A stretch of DNA of 64,000 bases from Bacillota bacterium (GTDB lineage: Bacteria; Bacillota; Clostridia; Christensenellales; CAG-314): NCBI GenBank assembly GCA_023458375.1, contig JAEWZT010000006.1:85931-149930 (forward strand), given 5' to 3'. The position numbers and the translations under genes were made by a program. Below are positions 1 to 9,739 of the stretch, in pieces (within the stretch, counting starts at the first letter, position 1; every line of letters begins with the position of its first letter). Below the pieces are notes generated by a model, which was not told the origin of the DNA, searched no databases, and worked only from the letters and a program-made list of their open reading frames with translations.

Positions 1-1560
1 ATTTTGCCCCGCTTGCAAATTCTCTTGCGGGTATGTCCCCTCTTGCGGGTTTATCAACTTATTATTTTGAGCGGATAATTGTTTTTCGCCAATAAAGCCG
101 CTTTCTGCAAAATTGATATCGTTTTTTTGCATTTCGCTATTTTGCGCGGTTAGCAGTTTTTCTTTAACCGCCCCTGTTTGCGCCGATTTATCTTTATAAT
201 TTTGCACGCCGCCTAAATCCCCGCCAAAATACCCGCTGTTTTTCTCTTCTGCCTTTATATAAGCGTCCTCTTGCAAGGAATTGTCATTTTCACTGTCTTT
301 TGCGGCAGCCTCCTGCTTTGCGCTTTCATTATTTTTGCTTATTTCATAAGTTTTTTTTTGAGTTTGAACCGCGCCGCCGTTATAGCTTCCGTTGCCGCCG
401 TCGCCGCCCATTTTGCCCGAAATAATTTTTTCCAGCCGAGCGATTCTTTTTTCCAATATCTCAATGCCCTCTTCTTCCTTTACCGCCAGTTTTAAAGCCA
501 CCGCCTCAAAAAGCAGTTGGGGTGAAAGCGACGAGCGCAATCTGTATTCCAGCGAAGAAAATGCGTCAATACAGCGCAGAAGTTTTTTTATGTCGGCGCT
601 TTTGGCGCTCTTTTCCAAAGAAAAATATAATTCCTCGGGCAGGCGCAGAATGTCCCTGGCGTCGCCGCAGGTGCTTATGACCGCTAAATCCCTCATATGC
701 TTGCACAAATCGCGCGCAAGCAAATATACGCTTTTGCCCTCGTTTATTAAGCTTACGGTAGTTTCAAGCAAAGTTTTGGCGTCGCCGCTTAGCACGCTGT
801 CTGCAAGGGAAATAAGCGTTTGCCTGTTTGTGGCGCCCAACACATCGAGCACGCTTTGGTAGTCAATTTTTTCCTTTGATAGCGCTACGCACCTGTCGGC
901 AACCGTTAAGGTATCGCGCACGCTCCCCTCCCCCGCCATAGCAATCGCAGAAAGCGCCTCTTTTTGAGCAGAAATCTTTAAATCGGCAAAAATATTTTCC
1001 AAGAGCGCCGTTAAGTTTTCCACCGACACCATATGAAAGTCAAAGCGCATGCACCGCGACAAAATGGTGGCGGGAAAAGCCTGCACTTCGGTGGTGCATA
1101 AAACAAATATCGCGTGTTCGGGGGGTTCTTCAATGGTTTTTAATAAGGCGTTAAAGGCGTTGTTTGTAATCATATGCGCCTCGTCTATTATATAAACCTT
1201 ATATCTGCTGTAATTGGGCGCGTAAGTAACCCTGTCGGCAAGCTCCCTTGCGTCCTGCACGCCGTTGTTGCTTGCCGCGTCAATTTCTATAATATCAACA
1301 TTTCCGCCCCTTTCGTAGTCAAGGCAGGCTTTGCACTTCATGCACGGCTCGCCGTTTTTGTTGTCAAGACAATTTACCGCGCGCGCAAAAATCCTCGCCA
1401 CGCTCGTTTTGCCCACCCCCCTAGTGCCGTTAAAAATATAGGCGTGCGAAAGGTTTCCGCTTTTTATTTGGTTGGAAAGCGCAAGCGTGATATGCTCTTG
1501 CCCTATAACTTGGGCAAAAGTTTTGGGTCTGTATATACGGTAAAGCGCTTGATGTTTCAT
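1..1560 (-). CDS. dnaX: DNA polymerase III subunit gamma/tau (N-terminal ~520 aa; 3' end runs off window start)
   Basis: Reverse-strand translation from ATG at 1560..1558 gives MKHQALYRIYRPKTFAQVIGQEHITLALSNQIKSGNLSHAYIFNGTRGVGKTSVARIFARAVNC... It has Walker A GTRGVGKTS, a Cys module (GEPCMKCKAC) and an IIDEAHM box. The frame stays open to position 1, so it is absent from the ORF track. The plus-strand ORFs here are antisense artefacts. Confidence 0.9.
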   Translation of the reverse strand, partial: MKHQALYRIYRPKTFAQVIGQEHITLALSNQIKSGNLSHAYIFNGTRGVGKTSVARIFARAVNCLDNKNGEPCMKCKACLDYERGGNVDIIEIDAASNNGVQDARELADRVTYAPNYSRYKVYIIDEAHMITNNAFNALLKTIEEPPEHAIFVLCTTEVQAFPATILSRCMRFDFHMVSVENLTALLENIFADLKISAQKEALSAIAMAGEGSVRDTLTVADRCVALSKEKIDYQSVLDVLGATNRQTLISLADSVLSGDAKTLLETTVSLINEGKSVYLLARDLCKHMRDLAVISTCGDARDILRLPEELYFSLEKSAKSADIKKLLRCIDAFSSLEYRLRSSLSPQLLFEAVALKLAVKEEEGIEILEKRIARLEKIISGKMGGDGGNGSYNGGAVQTQKKTYEISKNNESAKQEAAAKDSENDNSLQEDAYIKAEEKNSGYFGGDLGGVQNYKDKSAQTGAVKEKLLTAQNSEMQKNDINFAESGFIGEKQLSAQNNKLINPQEGTYPQENLQAGQN

Positions 1561-2111
1561 AGTTTCTCCTTATAGGATTTAAGCTTTTTGCGCGCGCGCT
1601 GCAAGGCGGCGTCCACCGACTTGTAGCTTTTTGCCGTTAAACCGCAAATCTCGCTGTGCGAATAACCTTGCAGTATGTATTCAATGACGGTCCTTTCCGC
1701 TTGGCTGAGGTTGTTTTTTATAAACCCTTGTATCAGGCAAAGCGCCTCGCTGCTTTCCACCTCGCCGTCGGGGGGCGGAAAAGTCCCGCTTTCTTCTCCT
1801 AGGGGCTGCGCAGAGGTTTCGTTCTTGTTTTTTTCGCTGTTTCCCTTGCTGATGCTCGTCAAAACCCTGTTTCTTATGCACCGTGAAGCAAACGCCGTAA
1901 AGTTTCCCCTTTTTGCGTCAAAATTGTTTATCGCGCCGAAAAGCCCTATCATACCCTCCTGCAAAAGGTCGTCTTTTTCGCCTCCCAGCTGAAAAAAGTT
2001 TTTGCAGACGCTTCTTACCAAAGGCTTATAGCGCGCGTATATTTCGTTTACCGCATTCTCATCCCCTTCTTTTGCGAGAAATACGAGCTGTTCTACCTGT
2101 ATATTTTCCAT
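1557..2111 (-). CDS. sigH: sigma-70 family sigma factor, SigH-like (sporulation/stationary phase)
   Basis: 184 aa with region 2 (DLLQEGMIGLFGAINNFD) and a region 4 HTH (LSQAERTVIEYILQGYSHSEICGL). It lies downstream of mrnC-rlmB as in Bacillus/Clostridium. Its stop overlaps the dnaX ATG (ATGA). Confidence 0.75.
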   Translation of the reverse strand: MENIQVEQLVFLAKEGDENAVNEIYARYKPLVRSVCKNFFQLGGEKDDLLQEGMIGLFGAINNFDAKRGNFTAFASRCIRNRVLTSISKGNSEKNKNETSAQPLGEESGTFPPPDGEVESSEALCLIQGFIKNNLSQAERTVIEYILQGYSHSEICGLTAKSYKSVDAALQRARKKLKSYKEKL

Positions 2112-2209
2112 TTTTATTTTTCTTTTTACTTTCTTTTGTTTTGCCTTGTATTTTTTACGGCTTTATTTATGCGACTTGCGGATATGTTCTTCCTTTATTT
2201 TGCCGCCTC

Positions 2210-2914
2210 TTACGGCATTTGCCTCCTTACGGCTTCGTAAAGCGCGATTCCGCATGCTACCGAAGCGTTAAGGCTGTTAATTTTTCCAAACATAGGTAAG
2301 CTTACGGTAGCGTCGCAAAGCTTTTTTGTAAGGGAAGACACCCCCTTGCCCTCGCCCCCTATAACAAAGGCGATATCCCCGCTCAAATCGGTTTGGTATA
2401 TGCTTTGCCCCTCCGCTTCAAGGCAATAAATCCAAATGTTAAGCTTTTTAAGCTTTTCAATAACGTTGTTTATACTGTTTACCCGCGCCACTTTAACGTG
2501 GTTTGAAGCGCCCGCAGAAACGCGCACCACCGTGTCGGTAACGCTTACGCTTCTGTTGAGGGGGATAACTAAGCCGTCAACGCCCGCGCATTCGCCTACG
2601 CGCAAAATACTGCCCAAATTGTGCGGGTCTTCAACGCCGTCAAGCAGCACAATAAAATGGCGCTCCTTTTTGTTTTGCAGTATCTCTTCCAACGAACTGT
2701 AAGAAAACTCCGAAACGTAGGCGATAAATCCTTGATGTTTTTTTTCGCCGCTATTTTTGTCAAGCGTAAACTTGTCAACATATTGAACTTTTATCTTGTT
2801 TTGCCGCGCTAATGAAATAATTTCGTGGTTTACGTCCTTTTGACACAAAATCTTGTCAATAGTCGTCCCGCTTTTTATAGCCTCCAATACGGCGTTTTTA
2901 CCTTCAATTTTCAT
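2210..2914 (-). CDS. rlmB: 23S rRNA 2'-O-methyltransferase, TrmH/SpoU family (RlmB)
   Basis: SpoU motifs (HNLGSILR, FVIGGEGKG, SLNASVA). The likely start is MKIEGKNAVLEAIKSG at 2914; the ORF track extends to 2941. Confidence 0.8.
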   Translation of the reverse strand: MKIEGKNAVLEAIKSGTTIDKILCQKDVNHEIISLARQNKIKVQYVDKFTLDKNSGEKKHQGFIAYVSEFSYSSLEEILQNKKERHFIVLLDGVEDPHNLGSILRVGECAGVDGLVIPLNRSVSVTDTVVRVSAGASNHVKVARVNSINNVIEKLKKLNIWIYCLEAEGQSIYQTDLSGDIAFVIGGEGKGVSSLTKKLCDATVSLPMFGKINSLNASVACGIALYEAVRRQMP

Positions 2915-3299
2915 TTTCGCCCTTAAAAAGCAGAAAAGCAAGCCGCTCTTGCTGCCCCGTCAAATATAAATATCCGTAAACCGCTTCAAGCCCGCTGGCT
3001 TTTTTGTAGTCGGCTACGCTTCCGTGCTTTGCCGCGCCCTTAATGTTGTTGCGCGCGCGGTGGTAAACTTCGTCTTCTTCTTGGCTTAGAAGCGGCAGCA
3101 GCCTTTCACATTGGCGCGCCTGCGAAAAGGATTTTACCCTGTCGGCCGTCAAAAGGTGCAGCGATTTTGACTTGCTGTCGCTGCTTTTGGCAAGCTGCTC
3201 GCGCACATAAAGCGTCTGCACTGCGTCCCCCACAAAGGCAAGCGCCGAAACGCTTAAAAGCTTGGCGGCTTCAATGCTCATTTTCTCAAAAAATTCCAA
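2904..3299 (-). CDS. mrnC: mini-ribonuclease III
   Basis: 131 aa with the LAFVGDAV RNase III-like signature. Conserved position upstream of rlmB. Confidence 0.8.
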   Translation of the reverse strand: MEFFEKMSIEAAKLLSVSALAFVGDAVQTLYVREQLAKSSDSKSKSLHLLTADRVKSFSQARQCERLLPLLSQEEDEVYHRARNNIKGAAKHGSVADYKKASGLEAVYGYLYLTGQQERLAFLLFKGENEN

Positions 3300-3307
3300 A
3301 ACTACTC

Positions 3308-3856
3308 CTAAAAAGTTAGGGCGAAAGTTAAGTTTTCGCCTATTTTGCGCACTTGCTTAAAACCGTATTTTCTGTAAAAGTTTACGCCCTTAATGTTTTT
3401 TTCCGTCGTTCCCAGATAGACGCCATTTAAGCCCTTTTGCTTTAAGCGGGAAAGAAGCGCGTCTGTCAGTTTACTTCCCCAGCCGCCCCTTTGGTAAGGG
3501 GGCAGCAAATCTATGTGCAAATGCGAGCCGTATTTTTTGTAAAGCTTTTTATCGGCAAGCATTTCTATTCTAAATACAAGCGCCATATACCAGCTTATTT
3601 TTTTAACCTTGGGCAAATAAATATTTCTCATTTTTTTAAAATAGTCGGGGCTGCTTGCCGCTATTATATACCCCACAGCTTGACCGCCGTCGTCTAGAAC
3701 AAAAATATTTTCCGGTTCCTGCTCGGTGTAATAGTCGTTCCATAAAATGGGTATATACGCCCTTGTCTTGTCATTTAAAGGAATAAGCGTCGTTTCAACG
3801 CATATTTTTCTTAAATTATCCTTGTCTTTTGGCAGATATTTTCTAATTTCCGGCAT
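3308..3856 (-). CDS. GNAT family N-acetyltransferase
   Basis: 182 aa with the acetyl-CoA binding motif QRGGWGSKL and the C-terminal FYRKYGF motif. Confidence 0.7.
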   Translation of the reverse strand: MPEIRKYLPKDKDNLRKICVETTLIPLNDKTRAYIPILWNDYYTEQEPENIFVLDDGGQAVGYIIAASSPDYFKKMRNIYLPKVKKISWYMALVFRIEMLADKKLYKKYGSHLHIDLLPPYQRGGWGSKLTDALLSRLKQKGLNGVYLGTTEKNIKGVNFYRKYGFKQVRKIGENLTFALTF

Positions 3857-4331
3857 TTTTGCACCCCTCGCACTTATGCTCTTTAACCTCTTTATACATC
3901 ACGATATGGTCGCAAATGGGGGCGATATAAAAAACTTCCCCCTTAGTTTCAAAGCCGCTTTTGGTGTAAAAGTCCTTTGCCGACAGGCGGGCGTTGCACC
4001 ACAAAAAGTTTACGCCGCGGTTTAAGCACAAAAACTCGCAGTATTGCAAAAGCGCCCTGCCTACGCCCTGCCCCCTGTATTCCTCCATAACCGCCATTCC
4101 CCTAAGCTGGTATTGGCGCTCAATGCCGCTAAAATGGCTTGATTTTCTTCTCATTAAGGAGGCTATGCCGACAATCTTTTCTTCCAAACAAAAGGCGGCG
4201 TGCAAAGTATAAGGTTCGTCGTCCCCCTCAAAAACCGCCGAACTGTCGGGCATTCCTTGGCGCAGCAAACTTTTGCGCAGGGGATAAACTTCCTCCGCCG
4301 AAACGGTTTTCATAGTAAAGGAACCTAACAA
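3843..4331 (-). CDS. GNAT family N-acetyltransferase
   Basis: 162 aa with LRGMAVMEEYRGQGVGRALL and FYTKSGF motifs. Confidence 0.75.
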   Translation of the reverse strand: MLGSFTMKTVSAEEVYPLRKSLLRQGMPDSSAVFEGDDEPYTLHAAFCLEEKIVGIASLMRRKSSHFSGIERQYQLRGMAVMEEYRGQGVGRALLQYCEFLCLNRGVNFLWCNARLSAKDFYTKSGFETKGEVFYIAPICDHIVMYKEVKEHKCEGCKNAGN

Positions 4332-4402
4332 AGCCTTACCTCCGCGCGTTTTATTTTAATAAAAGAATACCACACTAAGCCCCCCGTGTCAATAAATGTG
4401 TA

Positions 4403-4431
4403 TTTACATTAAAAAGGCTTTGTGGTATAAT
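4403..4431 (+). promoter_or_regulatory. sigma-A type promoter (TTTACA-17-TGgTATAAT)
   Basis: -35 TTTACA at 4403..4408, a 17-nt spacer ending in TG, and -10 TATAAT at 4426..4431. It lies 27 nt upstream of the 4458 ATG, which has a GGGAGGG RBS. Confidence 0.6.
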
Positions 4432-4457
4432 CCCATTTATTACGGGAGGGAATTACC

Positions 4458-5486
4458 ATGCAACACAAACTTAGCGAGGGAATGCTTTTAGACGAAAAAG
4501 GTCGGCTCGTTGAGGCGGGTTACGCCTTTAAAACGGTTAGGAAATATAACAGAAAAGCCGTAAAGGCGGGAAAACTGCGCATAAAAGAATGGGACTACTA
4601 TATAGTAACAAACGGAAAAATCGCCGTCGCGCTAACCGTTGCAGATAATTCTTACATGAGTTTGGTAAGCGCCAGTTTTTTAGATTTTACTAAGCCTTAT
4701 TACAAAACCACCAGCGAAATGAAGTTTTTTACCTTCGGAAAAATAGGTTTGCCGTCAAGCCCCCAAGAGGGCGACGTCATTTACAACAGCGACAGGGTAA
4801 AAATACATTTTATAAAGCAGGAAAACAAGCGTCGCTTAGTGTGCCGCTTTGAAAAATTTGAGGGCGACAAAACCCTTGAAGCAAACATAACTTTAAGCGA
4901 TTTTCCGCAAGAGGATATGGTTATAGCCACTCCTTTTAAAGAGGACAAAAGAGCGTTTTATTACAACAGCAAGGTAAACTGCATGGCGGCGCAAGGTTAT
5001 GTTTCCTTTGGCGGCGAAATATACGAGTTTGACAAAAGCGACAGTTTGGGCACCTTGGATTGGGGGCGCGGCGTGTGGACTTACAAAAACACCTGGTATT
5101 GGGGAAGCCTTTCAACTTATGTTGAGGGCAAAAAAGTGGGCTTTAACATAGGCTACGGTTTCGGCGATACCGCTGCCGCAAGCGAAAATATGATTTTTGT
5201 CAACGGCAAAGCCTACAAAACGGAAGACGTTACCTTTAATATACCCAAAAAAGACGGTAAAGACGACTTTCTGTCCCCCTGGACTTTTACAAGCGGCGAC
5301 GGCGCATTTAACCTTGACTTTACGCCAATAATTGACAGAAAAGATTTTACTAACGCAATAGTGCTTTGTTCCGACCAGCATCAGGTCTTCGGAAAGTTTT
5401 GCGGCACCCTTGTTTTGCCTACGGGCGAAATAATTGTTTTAAAAGACAAATTAGGCTTTGCGGAAAAAGTATATAACAAGTGGTAA
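4458..5486 (+). CDS. DUF2804-like protein (function unknown)
   Basis: 342 aa. The N-terminal IKEWDYYIV motif and overall size recall the DUF2804 family from memory. Not verified. Confidence 0.45.
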   Translation: MQHKLSEGMLLDEKGRLVEAGYAFKTVRKYNRKAVKAGKLRIKEWDYYIVTNGKIAVALTVADNSYMSLVSASFLDFTKPYYKTTSEMKFFTFGKIGLPSSPQEGDVIYNSDRVKIHFIKQENKRRLVCRFEKFEGDKTLEANITLSDFPQEDMVIATPFKEDKRAFYYNSKVNCMAAQGYVSFGGEIYEFDKSDSLGTLDWGRGVWTYKNTWYWGSLSTYVEGKKVGFNIGYGFGDTAAASENMIFVNGKAYKTEDVTFNIPKKDGKDDFLSPWTFTSGDGAFNLDFTPIIDRKDFTNAIVLCSDQHQVFGKFCGTLVLPTGEIIVLKDKLGFAEKVYNKW

Positions 5487-5550
5487 ATAAGCGGAAGATA
5501 AGAAAATAAAGGGGCGATTATTAAATAATAATCATTAGCGCAAGCAGTTG

Positions 5551-5595
5551 AGGGTTTGACCGTTGGCGTCCGCTATCGGTAAAACCCTTCTTTTT
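5551..5595 (+). terminator. probable intrinsic terminator
   Basis: AGGGTTT ... AAACCCT stem with an inner ACCG/CGGT stem, followed by TCTTTTT. Confidence 0.45.
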
Positions 5596-5998
5596 ATAAA
5601 TGCACGAGCAGGCGTATCGTTTTTATTAATATGTTTCCATTGCAATCTTACTTTCTTTATCTTCTATTCAAAGGAAGAGGCAATTATTAGCGTTTTGCGC
5701 CAAAGCATTTGTTGTTTGTCAGTGATAAGTTGCCCGCAATAATAGCAGGCAAGTTGTCAATGTCTTTTATCAATACAACGCATATAATTTGGTTATCGTC
5801 GGCAACTTATACAATCTTGGCATTGCGGGCGCGGTAAATATTAGCTTCGGGATAATATCGAAGCGCAAATGTTAAGAAAAACTTTCTGCTCTAAAATCCG
5901 CGCTAAGCGCGGCGTCAAGCCTGCCGAAATCTTTTATATCAAACAAGTTAATTCATTTAGTTCATCAACCTTTTTTATGTATAGGCAACTTTATTATA

Positions 5999-6454
5999 CT
6001 AAACATCTATCCAAATTCCCTCGTCCTTAATTTTAGCGCCTTTAAGGGAACGGTAAAAACTTTGCGCGTCCTTATTGCCCGCTATTAGACCTATTAAAGT
6101 GTCAATGCCCAGCGCTTTTAATTCAATTCTGAGCTTATCCATAAGTTTTTGAGCAACCCCTTTGTGCCTGTAACTTTTAAGCACGCATATCCAGTCTAAA
6201 TAGGCTTTGACGCTTCCGTCAAAATGGCTGTATATAAAAGCGCAGTCAATTCTGCCTACGGCTTTTTGCCCGTCGCAGGCTATAAAGGACAGCGAGTTGT
6301 TTTCCCGCCCTCCTTCAAAGCTGTTTAAAACATTTTTTAAGTATTCGCCGTCAATTTCCCAGCCCCAAAAATCTTCCTCTTTCCTTAGATTAAGTTCAAA
6401 CTCCACGACGCTTTCTATCATGTTTTTTGTGTATTTTTTAATTTCTATTTCCAT
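5999..6454 (-). CDS. GNAT family N-acetyltransferase
   Basis: 151 aa with YRHKGVAQKLM and FYRSLKG motifs. Confidence 0.7.
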   Translation of the reverse strand: MEIEIKKYTKNMIESVVEFELNLRKEEDFWGWEIDGEYLKNVLNSFEGGRENNSLSFIACDGQKAVGRIDCAFIYSHFDGSVKAYLDWICVLKSYRHKGVAQKLMDKLRIELKALGIDTLIGLIAGNKDAQSFYRSLKGAKIKDEGIWIDV

Positions 6455-6614
6455 TTCTTCTCCTATTGCGCGTAAAAAAACCGTTTTAAAAATTGTTAAA
6501 TCAAAAATACTGCCCCAAAAAACCGTAACGGGCGCAACAAAAAGGGCGCAAAAAGCTTTTCCACCCAGCCTGCACCCGATTTTATTTATGCCAAAAGTTA
6601 AGCGCCCAAAGCCG

Positions 6615-6851
6615 CTATTTTATTTGTCTCAGCGCCTTTGCGAGCTGGTCGGGGCAAGAGGTTGGTTTAGCGCCGCAATGTATTCCTTCAAGTTTTTTTA
6701 TAACTTCCTGCACTTCCATTCCCTCAACGAGCTGCGAAATGCCTTGAAGATTGCCGCTGCAACCGCCGATAAAGCGCACGTTAAAAACCTTACCCTCTTT
6801 AATTTCGTATTCTATTGAGCCTGAGCAAGTTCCGCTTGTTTTGTAATTCAT
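6615..6851 (-). CDS. TIGR03905-type 4-Cys TSCPD-domain small protein
   Basis: 78 aa: MNYKTSGTCSGSIEYEI...FIGGCSGNLQGISQLVEGM...CGAKPTSCPDQLAKAL, the typical family pattern. Confidence 0.7.
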   Translation of the reverse strand: MNYKTSGTCSGSIEYEIKEGKVFNVRFIGGCSGNLQGISQLVEGMEVQEVIKKLEGIHCGAKPTSCPDQLAKALRQIK

Positions 6852-6885
6852 TTTAGCCCTCTTTATTTTTAATTTTGTCTAAAAA

Positions 6886-6915
6886 ATTATAAAGTGCAAA
6901 GACGCTTTTTGTCAA
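6886..6915 (-). promoter_or_regulatory. sigma-A type promoter (TTGACA-18-TATAAT) for 6851 gene
   Basis: On the minus strand, TTGACA is at 6915..6910 and TATAAT at 6891..6886. An AGAGGG RBS precedes the ATG. Confidence 0.55.
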
Positions 6916-7539
6916 TTAAAAACTTATTTTTCGCGCCGTCTAAAATAAATCGGAATATTTTTTGCCGCATTTAAAGCTAATCATTATTGCGGAAATTAAA
7001 GTAAAAATAAAAACTATCAATCGTTTAGGTGAACATTAAGAATATCACTAGACCGCAGTTATTCCAAAAATATCAAGCCGCAGTTGTATTGACAATAATT
7101 GCAACCACACTTTTTGTCGGAGGAAGTTGAAAAAAATTTAAAGCAAAAGCTTTATATTTGCAGTTTGAATACTGCGCTTTAAGCACCCCTATTTCAAAGG
7201 CATTTAAAACTGCTGTTTATATACTTAATAAGAAGCAACGCACCGACGCTTAATCCAAAAAGGGCATAGAAAAAGACTCTCCGCTTTGGGGTAAAGCAAA
7301 AAGTCTTTTTCTATTTGTCTATAAGGAGGGTTGTCATAGAAACTTGGTGGGGTAACCTTGTTTCTATGCTATTATATTACCCATAAATTGTGATAACCAG
7401 GTGATAACGCAATGAAGAATTATTAATGTTTTTCAAACTTTTCCCCGTTGTTTTTTCCTGTTTTTTGAGTTTTGCCGCGTTGCCGCGGCGGCTTTAATTA
7501 TTACGGCTTATAGGGCTGTTTTGCGCCGATTATTTTCTT

Positions 7540-9084
7540 TTACTGCAAATCGCCTTGTAAAATTTCGCCGGGCTTTTCAACCAAAGGAAGCTCAAAATAG
7601 AAATCGCTGCCCTTGCCTAACACGGAATTGACGCCGAACTGCGCTTCGTGCATCTGCAAAATATTCTTGCAAATAGCAAGCCCTAAGCCCGTGCCCTGCC
7701 CCCGCGTATGCTGTCCGCTTGCTCGGTAAAACCTGTCCCAAGCGCGCTGCCTGTCTTCTTCGCTAAGTCCGCCGCCGCTGTCATAGCAGTCAAGGCGTGC
7801 TTTTCCGCCTACGTCTTTTACTTCAAGGCTGACTTTTTTGTCCTCCCCCGTGTAGGCAAAAGCGTTTGTCAAAAAATTATACAAAACCTGCTGAATTTGA
7901 CCCTTGTCGGCGTTGACGAATAAGTCCTCTTGAATTACCGCCTTAAAATTATAACCTTCCTGCTTTTTTACCGCAAAAAAGTCGGCGACGGAACTCACAA
8001 GCTGCGAGAAGTTAAACACCTGTTTTTCAAGCTTCCTGTCCCCCCTTTCCGAAAGGGTGAGCTTTACCATTTCGTTTACAAGGTTTGTTACCCTGTCCGT
8101 CTCTTTGACTATTAGCGTTAAACTTTGCTCGCGCTTTTCTTTTGGCATATCGGGAAAATCTTTAAGCATTTCGGCGTAAGACTTAATTAAGGTAAGGGGC
8201 GTCTTTAAGTCGTGGGAAACGTTGGCTACGACGTCTTTTCTAAGGGATGCGATTTTGCTTAACTCCTGCGTGGCATAGTTAAGCGCCTCGCCCAACTCGT
8301 CAATTTCGTTGTAGCCGTTGCCCACAAAATGCGCCGAATAGTCGCCTTTGGCAAGCTTGCGCGCCTCTTTGCTCATGCTTATAATGGGGCTGCTAAGCTG
8401 TTTTGCCAAAAGATAGCTTGTAACAAGCGCCATAATAACCGCCGCCGCCGCAATCCACAGCAGCTGCAAGCTCATTACGCGGATATTGCCCCATTGCGCT
8501 AAAAGGGGCGTGCTGGCATAAAAAAAGTAGGTGTTTCCGCCTTTTATATACAGACGGCAAAACACCAGCAGCCTTTCGTCGTTATTTTTTGAAGTATAAG
8601 TCGTGCTTAACTCGTCTTTGTCTGAGTCGAGCATATTTTGATAAAGCGTGCCAACCCTTTCTATGAACTCTTCGTAACCGTCAACGGTCAAATCGGGCGT
8701 TTGCTCCCCTCCGAAGGGTTCATAGGGGTTGCTTGAAAAAACGACGGCTTGGAAGTTTAAATTATTTCCCTGCGTTAAAAAAACCCTCGTTTCCATAGAG
8801 GTTTTTGAGGCAAGGGAGTGAAGTTTAGCCCTATCCTCCGCCGTTATGCCGCCGCCTTGGCTTAAAACGCTTACAATTTCATTTGCGGCGCTTTTCATAT
8901 CTCTAAGCTTAAACCGCTCGTAGCTGACATTGTTTATAATGAAATTAAAAAGCCAAACCGCGCTTACTACGCAAATGGCAAAAACGGCAAAATACGTCCA
9001 TATCCGCGATTGAATGCCGTCCACTTCGCGGCGCAAATTGAAAATACTGTCTTTTTTGTTGGTTTTATTTTTCTTCACACTCAA
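7540..9084 (-). CDS. two-component sensor histidine kinase (2 TM, HAMP, HisKA, HATPase_c)
   Basis: H-box VANVSHDLKTPLT, N/G boxes (LYNFLTNAFAY, DSGGGL, GTGLGLAI), two hydrophobic segments and a HAMP-like linker. Confidence 0.9.
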   Translation of the reverse strand: MSVKKNKTNKKDSIFNLRREVDGIQSRIWTYFAVFAICVVSAVWLFNFIINNVSYERFKLRDMKSAANEIVSVLSQGGGITAEDRAKLHSLASKTSMETRVFLTQGNNLNFQAVVFSSNPYEPFGGEQTPDLTVDGYEEFIERVGTLYQNMLDSDKDELSTTYTSKNNDERLLVFCRLYIKGGNTYFFYASTPLLAQWGNIRVMSLQLLWIAAAAVIMALVTSYLLAKQLSSPIISMSKEARKLAKGDYSAHFVGNGYNEIDELGEALNYATQELSKIASLRKDVVANVSHDLKTPLTLIKSYAEMLKDFPDMPKEKREQSLTLIVKETDRVTNLVNEMVKLTLSERGDRKLEKQVFNFSQLVSSVADFFAVKKQEGYNFKAVIQEDLFVNADKGQIQQVLYNFLTNAFAYTGEDKKVSLEVKDVGGKARLDCYDSGGGLSEEDRQRAWDRFYRASGQHTRGQGTGLGLAICKNILQMHEAQFGVNSVLGKGSDFYFELPLVEKPGEILQGDLQ

Positions 9085-9739
9085 ATTTATAACCTAGACC
9101 CCTTAAAGTAACTATGCAATCGCGGTATTTGCCTAAATTTCCCCGTAAAGTTTTTATGTGCGTGTCCACTGTTCTGTCGTCGCCAAAAAAGTCAAAGCCC
9201 CATACGTCGGAAAGCAGTTTTTCGCGCGATACCGCAAGCCCTTTATTCCTTACAAGATAAAACAAAAGCTCGTATTCTTTGGGTGTAAGGTCGGCTTTAA
9301 TTCCGTCAACCGTTACGTTTCTGCCGTCAAAGTCCACCACCAGCCCGCCGAACTTTTGGACGCTGTGGGCGTTTTCGGGGTTTGACCTTGCCAAAATCGC
9401 CTTAACGCGCGCCAAAACCTCTTTGGGCGAAAAGGGCTTTGTAACGTAGTCGTCTGCCCCCACTTCAAAGCCGAAAAGTTTGTCGTATTCTTCCCCCCTT
9501 GCCGAAAGCATTAAAACGGGGACAGAGCTGTCTTTTCTTATTTGTTTTACCGCCGAAATACCGTCAAGGCGGGGCATCATAATATCCATTATAATAAGGT
9601 CGTATTTATTTTGGCGCGCCTTTGTAACCGCCTCGTAACCGTCTTGCGCGGTATCCGTTTGATAGCCGCCGAACTCTAAGTATTCGCACAAAAGCTGCCG
9701 TATCATTTGCTCGTCGTCTACAATGAGTATTTTTTTCAT
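9065..9739 (-). CDS. OmpR-family response regulator
   Basis: Receiver domain (ILIVDDE, DLIIMDIMMP, KPF) plus a winged-helix C-terminus (LTPKEYELLFYL...TVDTHIKTLRGNL). Overlaps the kinase gene by 20 nt. Confidence 0.9.
   Translation of the reverse strand: MKKILIVDDEQMIRQLLCEYLEFGGYQTDTAQDGYEAVTKARQNKYDLIIMDIMMPRLDGISAVKQIRKDSSVPVLMLSARGEEYDKLFGFEVGADDYVTKPFSPKEVLARVKAILARSNPENAHSVQKFGGLVVDFDGRNVTVDGIKADLTPKEYELLFYLVRNKGLAVSREKLLSDVWGFDFFGDDRTVDTHIKTLRGNLGKYRDCIVTLRGLGYKFECEEK

Noticed and set aside
271-1575. Plus-strand ORFs 271..495, 392..862 and 1174..1575
   Set aside because: They have low-complexity, hydrophobic or Ser/Leu-rich translations and lie antisense to a clearly recognisable dnaX reading frame, so they are shadow ORFs.
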